This document shows positions 17,785 through 27,838 of a stretch of DNA of 64,000 nt, piece by piece (position 1 is the stretch's first letter; every line of letters starts with the position of its first letter). A program made the translations under genes and the position numbers. Source of the stretch: a virus. Taxonomy: Duplodnaviria; Heunggongvirae; Uroviricota; Caudoviricetes. Below the pieces are notes generated by a model. That model made no database searches, had not been told where the DNA came from, and worked only from the letters and a program-made list of their open reading frames with translations. The stretch spans positions 11,507-75,506 of IMG/VR virus record IMGVR_UViG_3300008107_010192, one strand, 5' to 3'.

Positions 17785-19562
17785 ATTAATATTTTATCTA
17801 TGACCTCTGTTTCACCTCCGGGGAACACCGCTATATCTTCGAACAGAACCTCATTGTCCCCAAGTCCCCCTAATTTTAATTGTTTTTTGAGAGTTATAAA
17901 ATTCCTAAATTTGCATATCTGAAAATTAAGAGGGGTAGTTTGATTCTTTACTCCAATCTCTTTTAAATAGTGATAAAAAACTAACTCAGGTATCAGGTGG
18001 TTTCTGCTTTCTTCAAACGTTCTAATGTCTATACTTGGTAGGTGCCTATAAAAATCGCAAATTTTATCGAACGTTAAAGAATCTGAAAACCAAAACACAT
18101 CACCAATTGCAAAATGAGGGTAAACATCAATTTTTCTATTATGTATAGAAAATATAGTATTTGGTTTAACAGTTGATAAAATTTCGATTAAATCAAAAAC
18201 CTGTCCCCATGGAACATATTGATCGTACCGTAATCTGATACAAACATCATATTCGAAATTATTTTCTATCTCGTATTGTCTTTTCAATTCGCACGATCTC
18301 ATCACTGCATAAAACTGGTTTGCACACCAAGTAATGGGCGGACCTTCATTTTCTGGATATCTCTCCTCTGCAATGTCAATAACATCCTGGTTTACTCTTT
18401 GATTTTTTTCAAAATCCTCAATTAGATATTTTTTCGGTTTGTATATTTTAATTATTTCATTTAATTTATCATCGTCGTACGGAGTTACTCTATTATTGGC
18501 GGTTACATCCAATATTGGTCTGGATTCGCTTTCAAAATTCCAAGCATGGCAGAAAAAGTCGACAGTGCTATTAGGATCACTTTCAACTTTATTTTTTAGC
18601 TTTATTATGTTGTGGTAGCATTTTTCATAAGTTCTGAATTGACCACTTAAGCAGATAGCAATTTTCATAGTTCTTAATTTTTTTAACACATTGGGTGAAA
18701 ACCCGGTCTTTTCAAAAATTTCTTTTTTGAATTTCAAAAGTAGATTGTATCCGATGTGTTTGACGTTTGATAATTTTTGAAACTCGTGATTATATAATAT
18801 TCTATTGATTTCAACACACTCCCTAAAATTATCCACTGGATGATAACCCAGGGAGAATTCTCTAAAGATTGTCCACTTATACTCCATTTCATTTAGAAAC
18901 TCTATAGATTCTATATTATTTTCCTTGAGATAATCATCAAAAAACACGTGATAAAGATCTTTGCTTTTATCTGTTGTGATAATATAGTTATGAAACAATG
19001 AAGCCTTATCCATAACTGAGGAATTTGACATAAATACCACATCATGCAGCATTCTGCTTGAAGGATTCTCAAATTCTGTTATTGTGTCGACTAAAAAAAT
19101 ACCATTTTTGATAAAAGAAATGTTGTCGTGAATTATATTTTTTAATTTAATCGACGGATCATATATGCAATCCATTCTCATTTTTATTACAACGTCGTAT
19201 TGAAAATTGTTTTCCTCTTCGTATTTCTTTTTTAAATTAACACTTTCATACCAGCTGTACCACATCGGGGAATTTGATGTCCCCTTTTTTAGAGACAAAT
19301 CGTAATAGTCCTCGTAAATATCAACCTTAGTTTTTTTTGGTTTGTATATGTTATTAATTTTTATGTAATCATTTAGTTCTACCTTCTTGATATGGGTATA
19401 TTCATGTTCGGGTCTTTCGTCCCCAAAAAATCTTTTACCGTCATTAATATCCCACGTGTGTATAAAATAGTCGGCCTCACATCCCTCAATAAAATTGAGT
19501 ATGTTGATGGAAGAATCAACTGCCCTTCTTATTTGACCACTAAAGCAAATCGCAATTTTCAT
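17781..19562 (-). CDS. protein with two tandem copies of the MKIAI GT-A-like domain
   Basis: MKIAICFSGQIRR...YFIHTWDI and again at residue ~300 MKIAICLSGQFRT...FFCHAWNF; each half ends in YDVVIKMRMD / YDVCIRLRYD. Confidence 0.3.
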   Translation of the reverse strand: MKIAICFSGQIRRAVDSSINILNFIEGCEADYFIHTWDINDGKRFFGDERPEHEYTHIKKVELNDYIKINNIYKPKKTKVDIYEDYYDLSLKKGTSNSPMWYSWYESVNLKKKYEEENNFQYDVVIKMRMDCIYDPSIKLKNIIHDNISFIKNGIFLVDTITEFENPSSRMLHDVVFMSNSSVMDKASLFHNYIITTDKSKDLYHVFFDDYLKENNIESIEFLNEMEYKWTIFREFSLGYHPVDNFRECVEINRILYNHEFQKLSNVKHIGYNLLLKFKKEIFEKTGFSPNVLKKLRTMKIAICLSGQFRTYEKCYHNIIKLKNKVESDPNSTVDFFCHAWNFESESRPILDVTANNRVTPYDDDKLNEIIKIYKPKKYLIEDFEKNQRVNQDVIDIAEERYPENEGPPITWCANQFYAVMRSCELKRQYEIENNFEYDVCIRLRYDQYVPWGQVFDLIEILSTVKPNTIFSIHNRKIDVYPHFAIGDVFWFSDSLTFDKICDFYRHLPSIDIRTFEESRNHLIPELVFYHYLKEIGVKNQTTPLNFQICKFRNFITLKKQLKLGGLGDNEVLFEDIAVFPGGETEVIDKILI

Positions 19563-20709
19563 ACTCTAATAAATAATCTCCAATGTCTAGATTTCTTATA
19601 GAATCCATCATTTTTAAAAAATTGGAAGATTTTTTTTCTAAATTCCCATCTTTTTTATTTTCTATCTCGTACATAAATCTATTTCTGTCGCCATCTCCCA
19701 ATTTGTAGATTTGCTCCATTGCAAGATCCTTCAGCTTTGGGTGTAAACAAGATATGTGTAAGTAATTGGGGCTATAGACAAAATTATATTCAATTTGTTC
19801 ACCGGAAAAAAACTCTCTAAAATTCCACACATTACAAACATTCAAAACACTTATTGTCTGGGTTATAGTAATTTGTAATTTTTCTTTTTTCAGTTTTAAA
19901 AAATTATCATACACAACTTCCCATTTTGAAGGATATCTTATATAATCATTCCTATTTCCAACGTCGTCTATAGAAAGCTGTAGTTTTACCTCCCGAAATT
20001 CTCTTAACAGCTCTAAAAACCTGTCTGGTAAATTTGTACAGTTTATGTTATATACCAGCTTTATATTTTTTGATTTGTCTAGAGAAATCAACTTCTCCAA
20101 AAAGTAAAAATGCTCCTTTATCAACGTTGGTTCTCCCCCGTTGATGTAAATTTCCTCCAATTCGCTAGAATGCTTTAATAATTCATCATACCATTCTTTG
20201 TTTTTAAACCAATCGCTTTTATAATCTTCATAGTTGTAATGATCGTCTCCGAACGTGGACGGAAATCTTTTAACATCTTCTATCCACTTGCTACTTGACA
20301 TCGGGTTGCATGTTAAACACTTTATGTTACAAACATTACCGAGTCTTAATTCGATAAACTTAAGATGTATATTTGGGAGTTTTTCGCTTATACTTATTTT
20401 ATTGAGATATTTAGCATTTTCTTCATCTCTTTTACTCTTGAATCCGTTTTCTTCTATCCTGTAACAACCTATACATTCGATAGGTTTCTCATTATTCATC
20501 ATCTTTCTTCTAATTTCTGTGAAAGAATCAGAATTCATAATGTCTTCTATGCTATCCTTACCTAGGGTTAATACTCTATTTTTAGTTTTGGAGAAACAAA
20601 CCCCATTTTCAAAATTAGCAATACAACAAGGTGACACCAGCCCGTTAGGATGAGTTGCTAAATGCGTAAACGGTAACGAACATATAGTTTTTAAATTTGT
20701 GTCCACCAT
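19540..20709 (-). CDS. radical SAM enzyme with N-terminal 4-Cys module
   Basis: CSLPF...SPCCIANF...ECIGCY (C...CC...CxxC), GNVCNIKCLTC (CxxxCxxC), IYINGGEPTL (GGE SAM-binding motif). Confidence 0.6.
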   Translation of the reverse strand: MVDTNLKTICSLPFTHLATHPNGLVSPCCIANFENGVCFSKTKNRVLTLGKDSIEDIMNSDSFTEIRRKMMNNEKPIECIGCYRIEENGFKSKRDEENAKYLNKISISEKLPNIHLKFIELRLGNVCNIKCLTCNPMSSSKWIEDVKRFPSTFGDDHYNYEDYKSDWFKNKEWYDELLKHSSELEEIYINGGEPTLIKEHFYFLEKLISLDKSKNIKLVYNINCTNLPDRFLELLREFREVKLQLSIDDVGNRNDYIRYPSKWEVVYDNFLKLKKEKLQITITQTISVLNVCNVWNFREFFSGEQIEYNFVYSPNYLHISCLHPKLKDLAMEQIYKLGDGDRNRFMYEIENKKDGNLEKKSSNFLKMMDSIRNLDIGDYLLEYENCDLL

Positions 20710-22028
20710 TCTAATAATTTTTTGTTTTGTCCTAGAATATTCTCAAATGTTAATGATCCATTTAAACCGTCCTTTCTGAACTCTGCTATTCTTATCATGT
20801 TTTCTTTCCCTCTCTTTCTGCCCTCTTTATAATCTGGATACGATTCTTCGAAAGTTTTTTTGGTTTTTAAATCTTCTAAAGCCTCCACATAAATTTGGGT
20901 TTTCGATGTAACCCTTGGCTTAATGTAATCTAGGGTATCGTCTATAATTTCTTCGAGGATGGACCTAGGTATTGACAATGGAGACATAAGAACAGAGGAA
21001 TCGAAAGAAAAAGTTGTTTTTATATAGGTTACTACATTTAATTCCACTGCACGATCGAATAATTCTTTTATAGACAGTAGGCCTGGAAGAGTTATTGTAA
21101 GATCAAAAACCATTCCATGATCGCCGTATAAATCGTTTAGAAAAAGACCTCCCTTAAAATTATCTAGCCACTTTTCCCACACTATTCCAGTTCTGATAAA
21201 TTCAACAATTTTTCCAGTTCCATCTATACTTGCACACAGATTTACCCTTTTAAAATGAGGCAGAAAATCATATAGATTCATTCCTTTATATGATACCCTG
21301 CTTAAATTTGTGTTGTATCTTATTATAACATTCTTGGATTGATTATTATCAACCAAATACTTCATGATATCCCAATGAATGTCCCACATCAATGGTTCAC
21401 CACCTACCCAATATATTTCTTCTATTCTATTCTCTTTCACTGCTTCCCAAAGTTCGTTTTCAGTAACTTCTTTCTGGAATTTTTTAAATTTTTCTTGATT
21501 TTCTTTTTTATAAAATGGCTCGGTTTCTAAATTAATGTTGCCCATTATTTTTCTTTCCGCCTCCCACTGTGAACTTAACAAGTCGCCACACATTCTACAT
21601 TTAAAATTACACAGATTACTTATCCGATAGTCATATGATATTGGTTTCATGTGAGTGTAACCATCATCTTCCGTTTTTTCGAATATCTCGTCTATTTTGT
21701 GGGGAAAAAGTGTATTGGTGAAATAACCTTTGTATGTGTAAAGATTTAGAATTTGATCGTTACAAACCTGACATTGTGGAATTGACTCTCCGGACATTAT
21801 TCTTTTTCTAATGTTTTTCATATAATCACTATTCCAATGATCCTCCAGCGAAACTGGTTTAAAATGTGAGTTATCGTCAGGATTTTCAGAATCTATGTAC
21901 TGTTTAATATAGTTTGCCTTTTCCCTACTTGCACAACATAATCTTCTTTCCCCCTGTGGGGAAAGATATGTGTGTGTCCACGGTGCTGTACAAAAAAATT
22001 CATTTCCATCCGAAGGTTTTATTCTCAT
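20691..22028 (-). CDS. radical SAM enzyme with N-terminal 4-Cys module (paralog)
   Basis: FFCTAPWTH...RRLCCASR...PQCQVCND, SNLCNFKCRMC, YWVGGEPLMW. Confidence 0.6.
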   Translation of the reverse strand: MRIKPSDGNEFFCTAPWTHTYLSPQGERRLCCASREKANYIKQYIDSENPDDNSHFKPVSLEDHWNSDYMKNIRKRIMSGESIPQCQVCNDQILNLYTYKGYFTNTLFPHKIDEIFEKTEDDGYTHMKPISYDYRISNLCNFKCRMCGDLLSSQWEAERKIMGNINLETEPFYKKENQEKFKKFQKEVTENELWEAVKENRIEEIYWVGGEPLMWDIHWDIMKYLVDNNQSKNVIIRYNTNLSRVSYKGMNLYDFLPHFKRVNLCASIDGTGKIVEFIRTGIVWEKWLDNFKGGLFLNDLYGDHGMVFDLTITLPGLLSIKELFDRAVELNVVTYIKTTFSFDSSVLMSPLSIPRSILEEIIDDTLDYIKPRVTSKTQIYVEALEDLKTKKTFEESYPDYKEGRKRGKENMIRIAEFRKDGLNGSLTFENILGQNKKLLEWWTQI

Positions 22029-22945
22029 ATTAATCTGCTAGATTTTATTATATTCTGCGTATAGAGATCACCCCTTCCGTTTGAAATCCATTCATACAAC
22101 AATTCTGCCCATAATTTGTGCGATTTGGGTGTTGGATGTACACCATATAATCTTTCCTCCAACGGTATCTGTTTTATATAATTTAAAAATGAATTTGATG
22201 GCTTGTCTTTCATCAGAAAATTGGATTCTGGTACATGGTCCCATTTTAATTTACTCATACGGTATAGATCCTCCCCCCAAATACCTTCAACATATTTGAA
22301 AGAATCTATCCATTTCATAATATTTAAGTCTATAAATTTTCTTTCCATTTTATAGATATGATGTTCCTCAGGTAAAGCATTGAACAAATAACATGGAATT
22401 CCGTACTTATCGCAAAACGTACGTATTTCAAAATTGTAGTTTATGAAATCGTACGCTCCTTCATAGTCATTTTGAACAACCGATAAATACCACTTAAAGA
22501 ATTCCCTCATTCCATATTCCTCTTTATTGAAATCTCCGTTACTGTTTAGAGTTTTTCGGTATATTTTATTATGAGTATTGAAAAAAAATTCCTTTCTAAC
22601 TATAGAGGTCCATCCAATGACTACAATGATGTCATCTGGAGTTTTATTAGGGACAATGTAGTTTTCAAGTAGCCAGTTTAAAAGTGTTTCAAAAATCCAT
22701 TTGTTACCTACTGCAGGCTTGGCTAAATTTATAACCTCTTTTGCCCCTATTAATTCTTTTAAATATGTTGGCCAAATTCTTTCAATCCTATATTGATCGT
22801 TTTTTGCGTCAGTATCTTCTTCTATTATCCCGTTAAATTTATTTATTTGGTGAGGCTTTGATGGAGCTTCCAAAAACTGTGGGTCCACAATTTCACTACC
22901 ATATGTAAAGCTATCTCCGCACACAACTAATTTCATTTCACTCAT
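22025..22945 (-). CDS. SGNH/GDSL-like hydrolase paralog
   Basis: KLVVCGDSFTYGSEI (GDS block), C-terminal YGVHPTPKSHKLWAEL (block V-like). Confidence 0.4.
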   Translation of the reverse strand: MSEMKLVVCGDSFTYGSEIVDPQFLEAPSKPHQINKFNGIIEEDTDAKNDQYRIERIWPTYLKELIGAKEVINLAKPAVGNKWIFETLLNWLLENYIVPNKTPDDIIVVIGWTSIVRKEFFFNTHNKIYRKTLNSNGDFNKEEYGMREFFKWYLSVVQNDYEGAYDFINYNFEIRTFCDKYGIPCYLFNALPEEHHIYKMERKFIDLNIMKWIDSFKYVEGIWGEDLYRMSKLKWDHVPESNFLMKDKPSNSFLNYIKQIPLEERLYGVHPTPKSHKLWAELLYEWISNGRGDLYTQNIIKSSRLI

Positions 22946-24497
22946 CTTTAATATATTTTAGCATTTCATCCTGGATATCGGGTTCGATGTAATCCTGAGA
23001 TCCTGGATTGCTATTTTGAGGATCTAATACCCATCCCTCTTTTTTTGCGGTTTCTATCACATCGTCGACATATTTATTAGATTTAGCATCGTCACCATCA
23101 ACCATTCCTATTTCAAGGGGCTCTATTTTTGTTTCAGGTATCGAATCGAACCATTCTGATAACATCGGGAATGATTCTTTAAAATTCCTATTTCTTCTTA
23201 TGTCATATTGAATATAAAAAGATTTAAAATCTCTTTCTCTAGATTCAATAGATGATGTAAATCTATGCCCAGTTTCAACTTCTCTTATGTAAGCAATCAT
23301 TCTGATTATTCCATCTCTCTCAATATCTAGTAAATCAGAAATATTCTTACTTAGCCATCCCTCTATATGATTTGCTCGTTCAATTCTTATGTCTTGCGGT
23401 AGTGTAACTATAGACTGAAAGCTTGGAAACCTTAATATATTAAAAGAACAAATCGGGAAATGCTTGCCAAATTTTTTCTTCATTTTAATTACCTCATCCA
23501 TAAATTCAGTAAGACTAAACAGACACAAAGAATTTATAGTCATCATTACGTTTAGGGATGCCAATTTACCTTCTTCACAAACCCTGTACATATTTTTAAG
23601 CCATTTTTCCCAGATTAATCCATATCTGATATACTCAGCTTGCTTCCCTGTTGCTTCGCATGATGTGTAGAGATGAAACGTTTTAAAGCTGTGTGTCGAC
23701 TTAATAAGTTCTTCCAAGAGTTCGTCTTTCTGTCCTAGATTGGAGTTAACTGCAAATTCCACACTACAATCCTTATTGGTTTCCCACCATTTCATCAGTT
23801 TCCAGAAATCTTGAGACATTGTTGGTTCACCTCCTGTTACTCTCAATTCTCTTAAAGAATATTGAAGCTCTCCCTCCCACCATTTCCAAAATGCTTCGAT
23901 GTATGGATTTCCGATATTTTTTTTACCGTATGGGAGAGAGTGCGAACCATCATGCTGGAAAGCAGCTGCACCATCACTTACTAAATTCTGATATGGGCCG
24001 AACTTTTTTATATCATTTTGCCAGGTTGTAGAAAATGAAGAATTGCAGTAAGAGCATGCAAAGTTACAATTGGGATCGAATGCAATTTCTAATGTTTTTA
24101 GATCCACGTCTTGCTGCCATCCGAGTTTGTTCTTGGCATCTTTTAGTTCTTCATCGGTGTAAATAACAGATTTATAAACCCGATCAGAAACTTTGTCGCT
24201 TCCCATGTCCTCTATTTTCCAGCAATACTCGCATTCTTTAGGTCTTTCTCCCTCCAGCATTTGTTTTCTGACCAATTTTTTATAGCTAGTGTTGTGTATT
24301 GCTTTATAACTTTGCGCAACTTCTGCGAGGGGTATTTTATGAGCTGGGGGGTGATGGCAACTAGCTGTAGTTCCGTTTCCTAACCAGATTGTTGCGTTAT
24401 ACCATTTAGCACCACAGAAGGAAGGGGAAACAGAGTTTATCGCTCTGTCCCTATATTCTTGGTAGCTCTCCTCTCCTTTTTTTGCAAATATTCCCAT
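22938..24497 (-). CDS. radical SAM enzyme with N-terminal Cys/His module (paralog)
   Basis: SFCGAKW...ASCHHPPAHKIP...ECEYCWKIED, DPNCNFACSYC, LRVTGGEPTM. Confidence 0.6.
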   Translation of the reverse strand: MGIFAKKGEESYQEYRDRAINSVSPSFCGAKWYNATIWLGNGTTASCHHPPAHKIPLAEVAQSYKAIHNTSYKKLVRKQMLEGERPKECEYCWKIEDMGSDKVSDRVYKSVIYTDEELKDAKNKLGWQQDVDLKTLEIAFDPNCNFACSYCNSSFSTTWQNDIKKFGPYQNLVSDGAAAFQHDGSHSLPYGKKNIGNPYIEAFWKWWEGELQYSLRELRVTGGEPTMSQDFWKLMKWWETNKDCSVEFAVNSNLGQKDELLEELIKSTHSFKTFHLYTSCEATGKQAEYIRYGLIWEKWLKNMYRVCEEGKLASLNVMMTINSLCLFSLTEFMDEVIKMKKKFGKHFPICSFNILRFPSFQSIVTLPQDIRIERANHIEGWLSKNISDLLDIERDGIIRMIAYIREVETGHRFTSSIESRERDFKSFYIQYDIRRNRNFKESFPMLSEWFDSIPETKIEPLEIGMVDGDDAKSNKYVDDVIETAKKEGWVLDPQNSNPGSQDYIEPDIQDEMLKYIKDE

Positions 24498-24498
24498 G

Positions 24499-25152
24499 TT
24501 AAATTATTTTGGCGCTAGGCGCTATTTTATTGAATTCGTTGATCGAATGGCTAGAGTATTCTGGATCTTCAAATATAATTCCATGATTTCCGTTCCCACT
24601 TTTATCGAATGTTTTAAATTTTGAATTTCTTTCAAAATCAAAAAACGAGTACAGCTTTTTTGATTTCTCGTCAAAGGAATCGACGATTTCATCGAAAACT
24701 GCAATTTTATAAATATCCCCTTTGAACCAGCATTCATAAGATCCACTGTATGGATTTATAGATCCTATAAAAATATTCTTGTCCGAATAAGATTCAATTG
24801 GACCGGTTTCTTTTTCACCTTTTAAAATTCCATCGATGTATATTTTAACAGAATCTGAAACTGTCACCATGACCTCCATTCTTTTATGTATATCATCAAC
24901 AGGTATCCAAATATCGTTATATTGATAGGGTTTAGTGTACCAAGAGAATTTAACACCATTTGGTTTCTGTAAAAATATTCCCATATGGTATCCTATCCTT
25001 CCTACAATCAACGACTCATCCTCTGCAAACTCAGAGAGTTGAAAATCCCCATAAAGAGAAAAATTCCCCTCCAGATTTTCAAAATTCTTTGTGTTCGTAT
25101 TATTTTTAGAATTGTTTGGGATGTAATATGCTTTCTTTTCGAATCTCATCAA
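24499..25152 (-). CDS. LamG/concanavalin-like domain protein (tentative)
   Basis: MVTVSDSVKIYIDGILKGE...IFIGSINPYSGSYECWFKGDIYKIAVFDE resembles the LamG_3/pentraxin-type beta-sandwich. Confidence 0.35.
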   Translation of the reverse strand: MMRFEKKAYYIPNNSKNNTNTKNFENLEGNFSLYGDFQLSEFAEDESLIVGRIGYHMGIFLQKPNGVKFSWYTKPYQYNDIWIPVDDIHKRMEVMVTVSDSVKIYIDGILKGEKETGPIESYSDKNIFIGSINPYSGSYECWFKGDIYKIAVFDEIVDSFDEKSKKLYSFFDFERNSKFKTFDKSGNGNHGIIFEDPEYSSHSINEFNKIAPSAKII

Positions 25153-26531
25153 ATTATTTTTTTATAAAATTCCTCAAATTCTGGAAAAACCTTCAAAAAA
25201 TTGGTGCCTCTTCTTTTATCGTGATTGTCTACAAAAATTCGGAAATCCCTCCTGTTCTGTAATAAGGTCTCTTCAGGTTCTTCCGTTACCATCCAATCAT
25301 GAATTCTATTTAACTTATTGATTTCGATGTCGGTATATCCAAATCCATCAAGACCAACTCTTATTTGTTCGTAGAAGTCCATTAGCTGAGCTTGCTCTTT
25401 TACTACTGCAGACCATTCCTTATCTAATATTTTCACTGTCTGGTGTGGAGGCCACCTTAAATAGGACGAGTCTAACATAATAGAGGAGCCATAGTATCTG
25501 TGAGGGTTGTGATATTCTTCCTTAAGCTTTATCACATTTTCTATTAGCTTTTTATAATTAGGAACGGAAAGTGCGTTATATGTGGACATTATTATTACGG
25601 TCAGAGGCTCAATTTCCTTCAATAGAAAATTAACTCTATCCCACCATTGGTTGAAGACCAAACCATGTCTAATGTATTCAGCTTGTTCTCCCCAGGTATC
25701 TGCACTGGTAAATAGTATCACCTCGTTTACCCTGTTCTCGTCTATCATTCTTTTTAATTTTTCTACCATTAGATTAAAAAGCTTATCTGGTGCTCCTAAA
25801 TTCGTATTGAGAGAAAAATTTAAATTTCTGTTTGGGTTTTTTTCATCCAGGATATAATCAAAAACCTTAAAAGTGTCTTTAGACAGAAGAGGTTCCCCTC
25901 CTGTTATTCTAAAAGTATGAAGATCTCTGTATAAATCAGGCCACCATTTCCAGAAAGCCTCAACGTATGGGTTCTCCTGATTATGCGGTCTTGGGATCAT
26001 GTTCAGATCCTTCAAATATTCTAAATTGTTAAATCTAAAGCTGGTAGGATATGGTCCATGCTGCTCTATTTCTTGAACCCATTGGGAAGAGAACGACGGT
26101 CCACAATACGAGCATTTAAAATTACAGTGATTACTAAAAGCTACCTCAACATACTTAGGATTGTAATTTTCTTTCCACCCTAAATCTTTTATTTCATTAA
26201 AATATGGGGCAGACCAGGGTTCAGAAGATTTATAAATTCTATCGGAAAATGCATTTGATGTATCTTCTATATTCCAGCAATAATCGCATTCATCTGGTCT
26301 TTTACCATGAAGCATTTTTCTTCTCTGCTGCTTTTTATAAACTGTATTATGTAGAGCAGATGGGTTTTTTTCTAACTCTGATAGTGGGATATGATGCGTG
26401 CCTGGATGGTGACACGAATGTGTTTGTCCCATTTGTAAATGAAGTGTTACTTGAGTCCATTTTGCTAAACAAAAGCCACATCCAACATCGTTTAATTTAT
26501 TTCTAGTTTTGTCGAAAAATTCGTTTAGCAT
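25149..26531 (-). CDS. radical SAM enzyme with N-terminal Cys/His module (paralog)
   Basis: GCGFCLAKW...HSCHHPGTHHIP...ECDYCWNIED, SNHCNFKCSYC, FRITGGEPLL; closest paralog of 22938. Confidence 0.6.
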   Translation of the reverse strand: MLNEFFDKTRNKLNDVGCGFCLAKWTQVTLHLQMGQTHSCHHPGTHHIPLSELEKNPSALHNTVYKKQQRRKMLHGKRPDECDYCWNIEDTSNAFSDRIYKSSEPWSAPYFNEIKDLGWKENYNPKYVEVAFSNHCNFKCSYCGPSFSSQWVQEIEQHGPYPTSFRFNNLEYLKDLNMIPRPHNQENPYVEAFWKWWPDLYRDLHTFRITGGEPLLSKDTFKVFDYILDEKNPNRNLNFSLNTNLGAPDKLFNLMVEKLKRMIDENRVNEVILFTSADTWGEQAEYIRHGLVFNQWWDRVNFLLKEIEPLTVIIMSTYNALSVPNYKKLIENVIKLKEEYHNPHRYYGSSIMLDSSYLRWPPHQTVKILDKEWSAVVKEQAQLMDFYEQIRVGLDGFGYTDIEINKLNRIHDWMVTEEPEETLLQNRRDFRIFVDNHDKRRGTNFLKVFPEFEEFYKKII

Positions 26532-27838
26532 TATAGTAATCTTTTTTTAATTATCGGATTGAGACTCTCCAAACAAATTAGATCGTTTGGTAAATTTCTG
26601 TGTTTTGAATTATTTGCAATCATTAAATCGTGTCTTTCTTTATGATTTACCCATGGATTATCTCCAAATAATCTTATATGTTCATTTATACTCGATATAA
26701 ATATCTTCGATTCAAAGTCGTCGTTATCTAAAATAAACTCTGGAAGATGATACGAATTAACAAACGGAACAATGTAATCATAATTTCGCCTGAGAATTGA
26801 TTCAAAGCTATTTTTTATATTCGCTCCGTCAAGTAATATACATCCATTCTTGACGTAGAATATTATATTCTTTTTACTATCCTTTAAAATATTTAAAATT
26901 ATTTGGGATTCTAAATCTTCCGATGATGTGTCCAAGAAAACATATTCATATTCAAAATGATCAGTAATCATGCTTCTGAGCGTCTCCTTGCTGTTTTTTT
27001 CGATCACAAAATATCTAAGATTTTTAAATTTATTTTTATAAAAGTTTAGGGTAGTTTCCAAAACCCCTCCATAATTTTCTTCAGTTCCATCTACCGAAAC
27101 AAAAGCACAGACCTCAGTAGAGATGCACGGTATGTCTTCATATGGTGGATAATGATTGTCTCTAAAATTTACTAGCTGTTTATAAAGAGAATTTGATATG
27201 GTTGAAGGAAATTCGCAGTTTGATAACGCAAGGCCAAAAACAGCTCCCTCTCCTCTTAAATCATCATCAGCCTCCTTCGCTACCTTTTTTCTAAGCATCG
27301 AATAAAATTCATAGGTTTCAAACAATTTGTCTATCTTTTCTTCGTCAATACCCTCGAAATTAAAATACATTAAATCTTCCCATGGAGTAACTGTATTTCT
27401 AAATTCAACATTATTTTTTATCAGCTCATCTTTAAATTTTCCAAGTTTTGGATTCGTTTCTAATAAGGCTTTGAAATGTATGCTTGTAAATCTGTTGTAT
27501 GAAAATCCTGGATTAAAATTCTTAGAAATAATATCATTTATGAATTCTTCAGAATTTATCAATATCAGATCAGAATCCATATAAAGTATTTTATTATACC
27601 CTCTTTTTCTTACCTGGTTAATGAATATAAATTTGCTATGAAAATCAAAGGTTGTGGAAAAATCGTGCTTTATTGTTTCAACCCCTTCCATGTCTTTGAA
27701 TTCTGACACATTATCAGTGTAAACAAATATTTTAAAAGATCCACTATCAGTGAAATTCTTTATTAAAAATTTGCAGCAGGTATAATAATACTCAGTATTA
27801 GAAGCAATTGTCGCTATTGCTATTTTATTTTCCATCAT
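26531..27838 (-). CDS. hypothetical protein (possible glycosyltransferase-like)
   Basis: 435-aa ORF in the gene string; no confident motif. N-terminal KIAIATIASNTEYYYTCCKF. Confidence 0.3.
   Translation of the reverse strand: MMENKIAIATIASNTEYYYTCCKFLIKNFTDSGSFKIFVYTDNVSEFKDMEGVETIKHDFSTTFDFHSKFIFINQVRKRGYNKILYMDSDLILINSEEFINDIISKNFNPGFSYNRFTSIHFKALLETNPKLGKFKDELIKNNVEFRNTVTPWEDLMYFNFEGIDEEKIDKLFETYEFYSMLRKKVAKEADDDLRGEGAVFGLALSNCEFPSTISNSLYKQLVNFRDNHYPPYEDIPCISTEVCAFVSVDGTEENYGGVLETTLNFYKNKFKNLRYFVIEKNSKETLRSMITDHFEYEYVFLDTSSEDLESQIILNILKDSKKNIIFYVKNGCILLDGANIKNSFESILRRNYDYIVPFVNSYHLPEFILDNDDFESKIFISSINEHIRLFGDNPWVNHKERHDLMIANNSKHRNLPNDLICLESLNPIIKKRLL

Noticed and set aside
1469-27584. Short opposite-strand ORFs nested inside the leftward genes (e.g. 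1469..1744, 2894..3169, 3565..3774, 4568..4771, 5027..5218, 5740..5943, 7539..7739, 8222..8458, 10132..10329, 12763..13029, 13215..13424, 15944..16311, 16587..16793, 19392..19601, 20255..20565, 21339..21530, 22081..22299, 23464..24031, 24985..25167, 25582..25857, 26204..26506, 27327..27584, 30221..30412, 31155..31370)
   Set aside because: All are 60-100-aa antisense ORFs within longer motif-bearing genes, hydrophobic or low-complexity as expected for AT-rich antisense reading; none has a start context or a recognisable domain.
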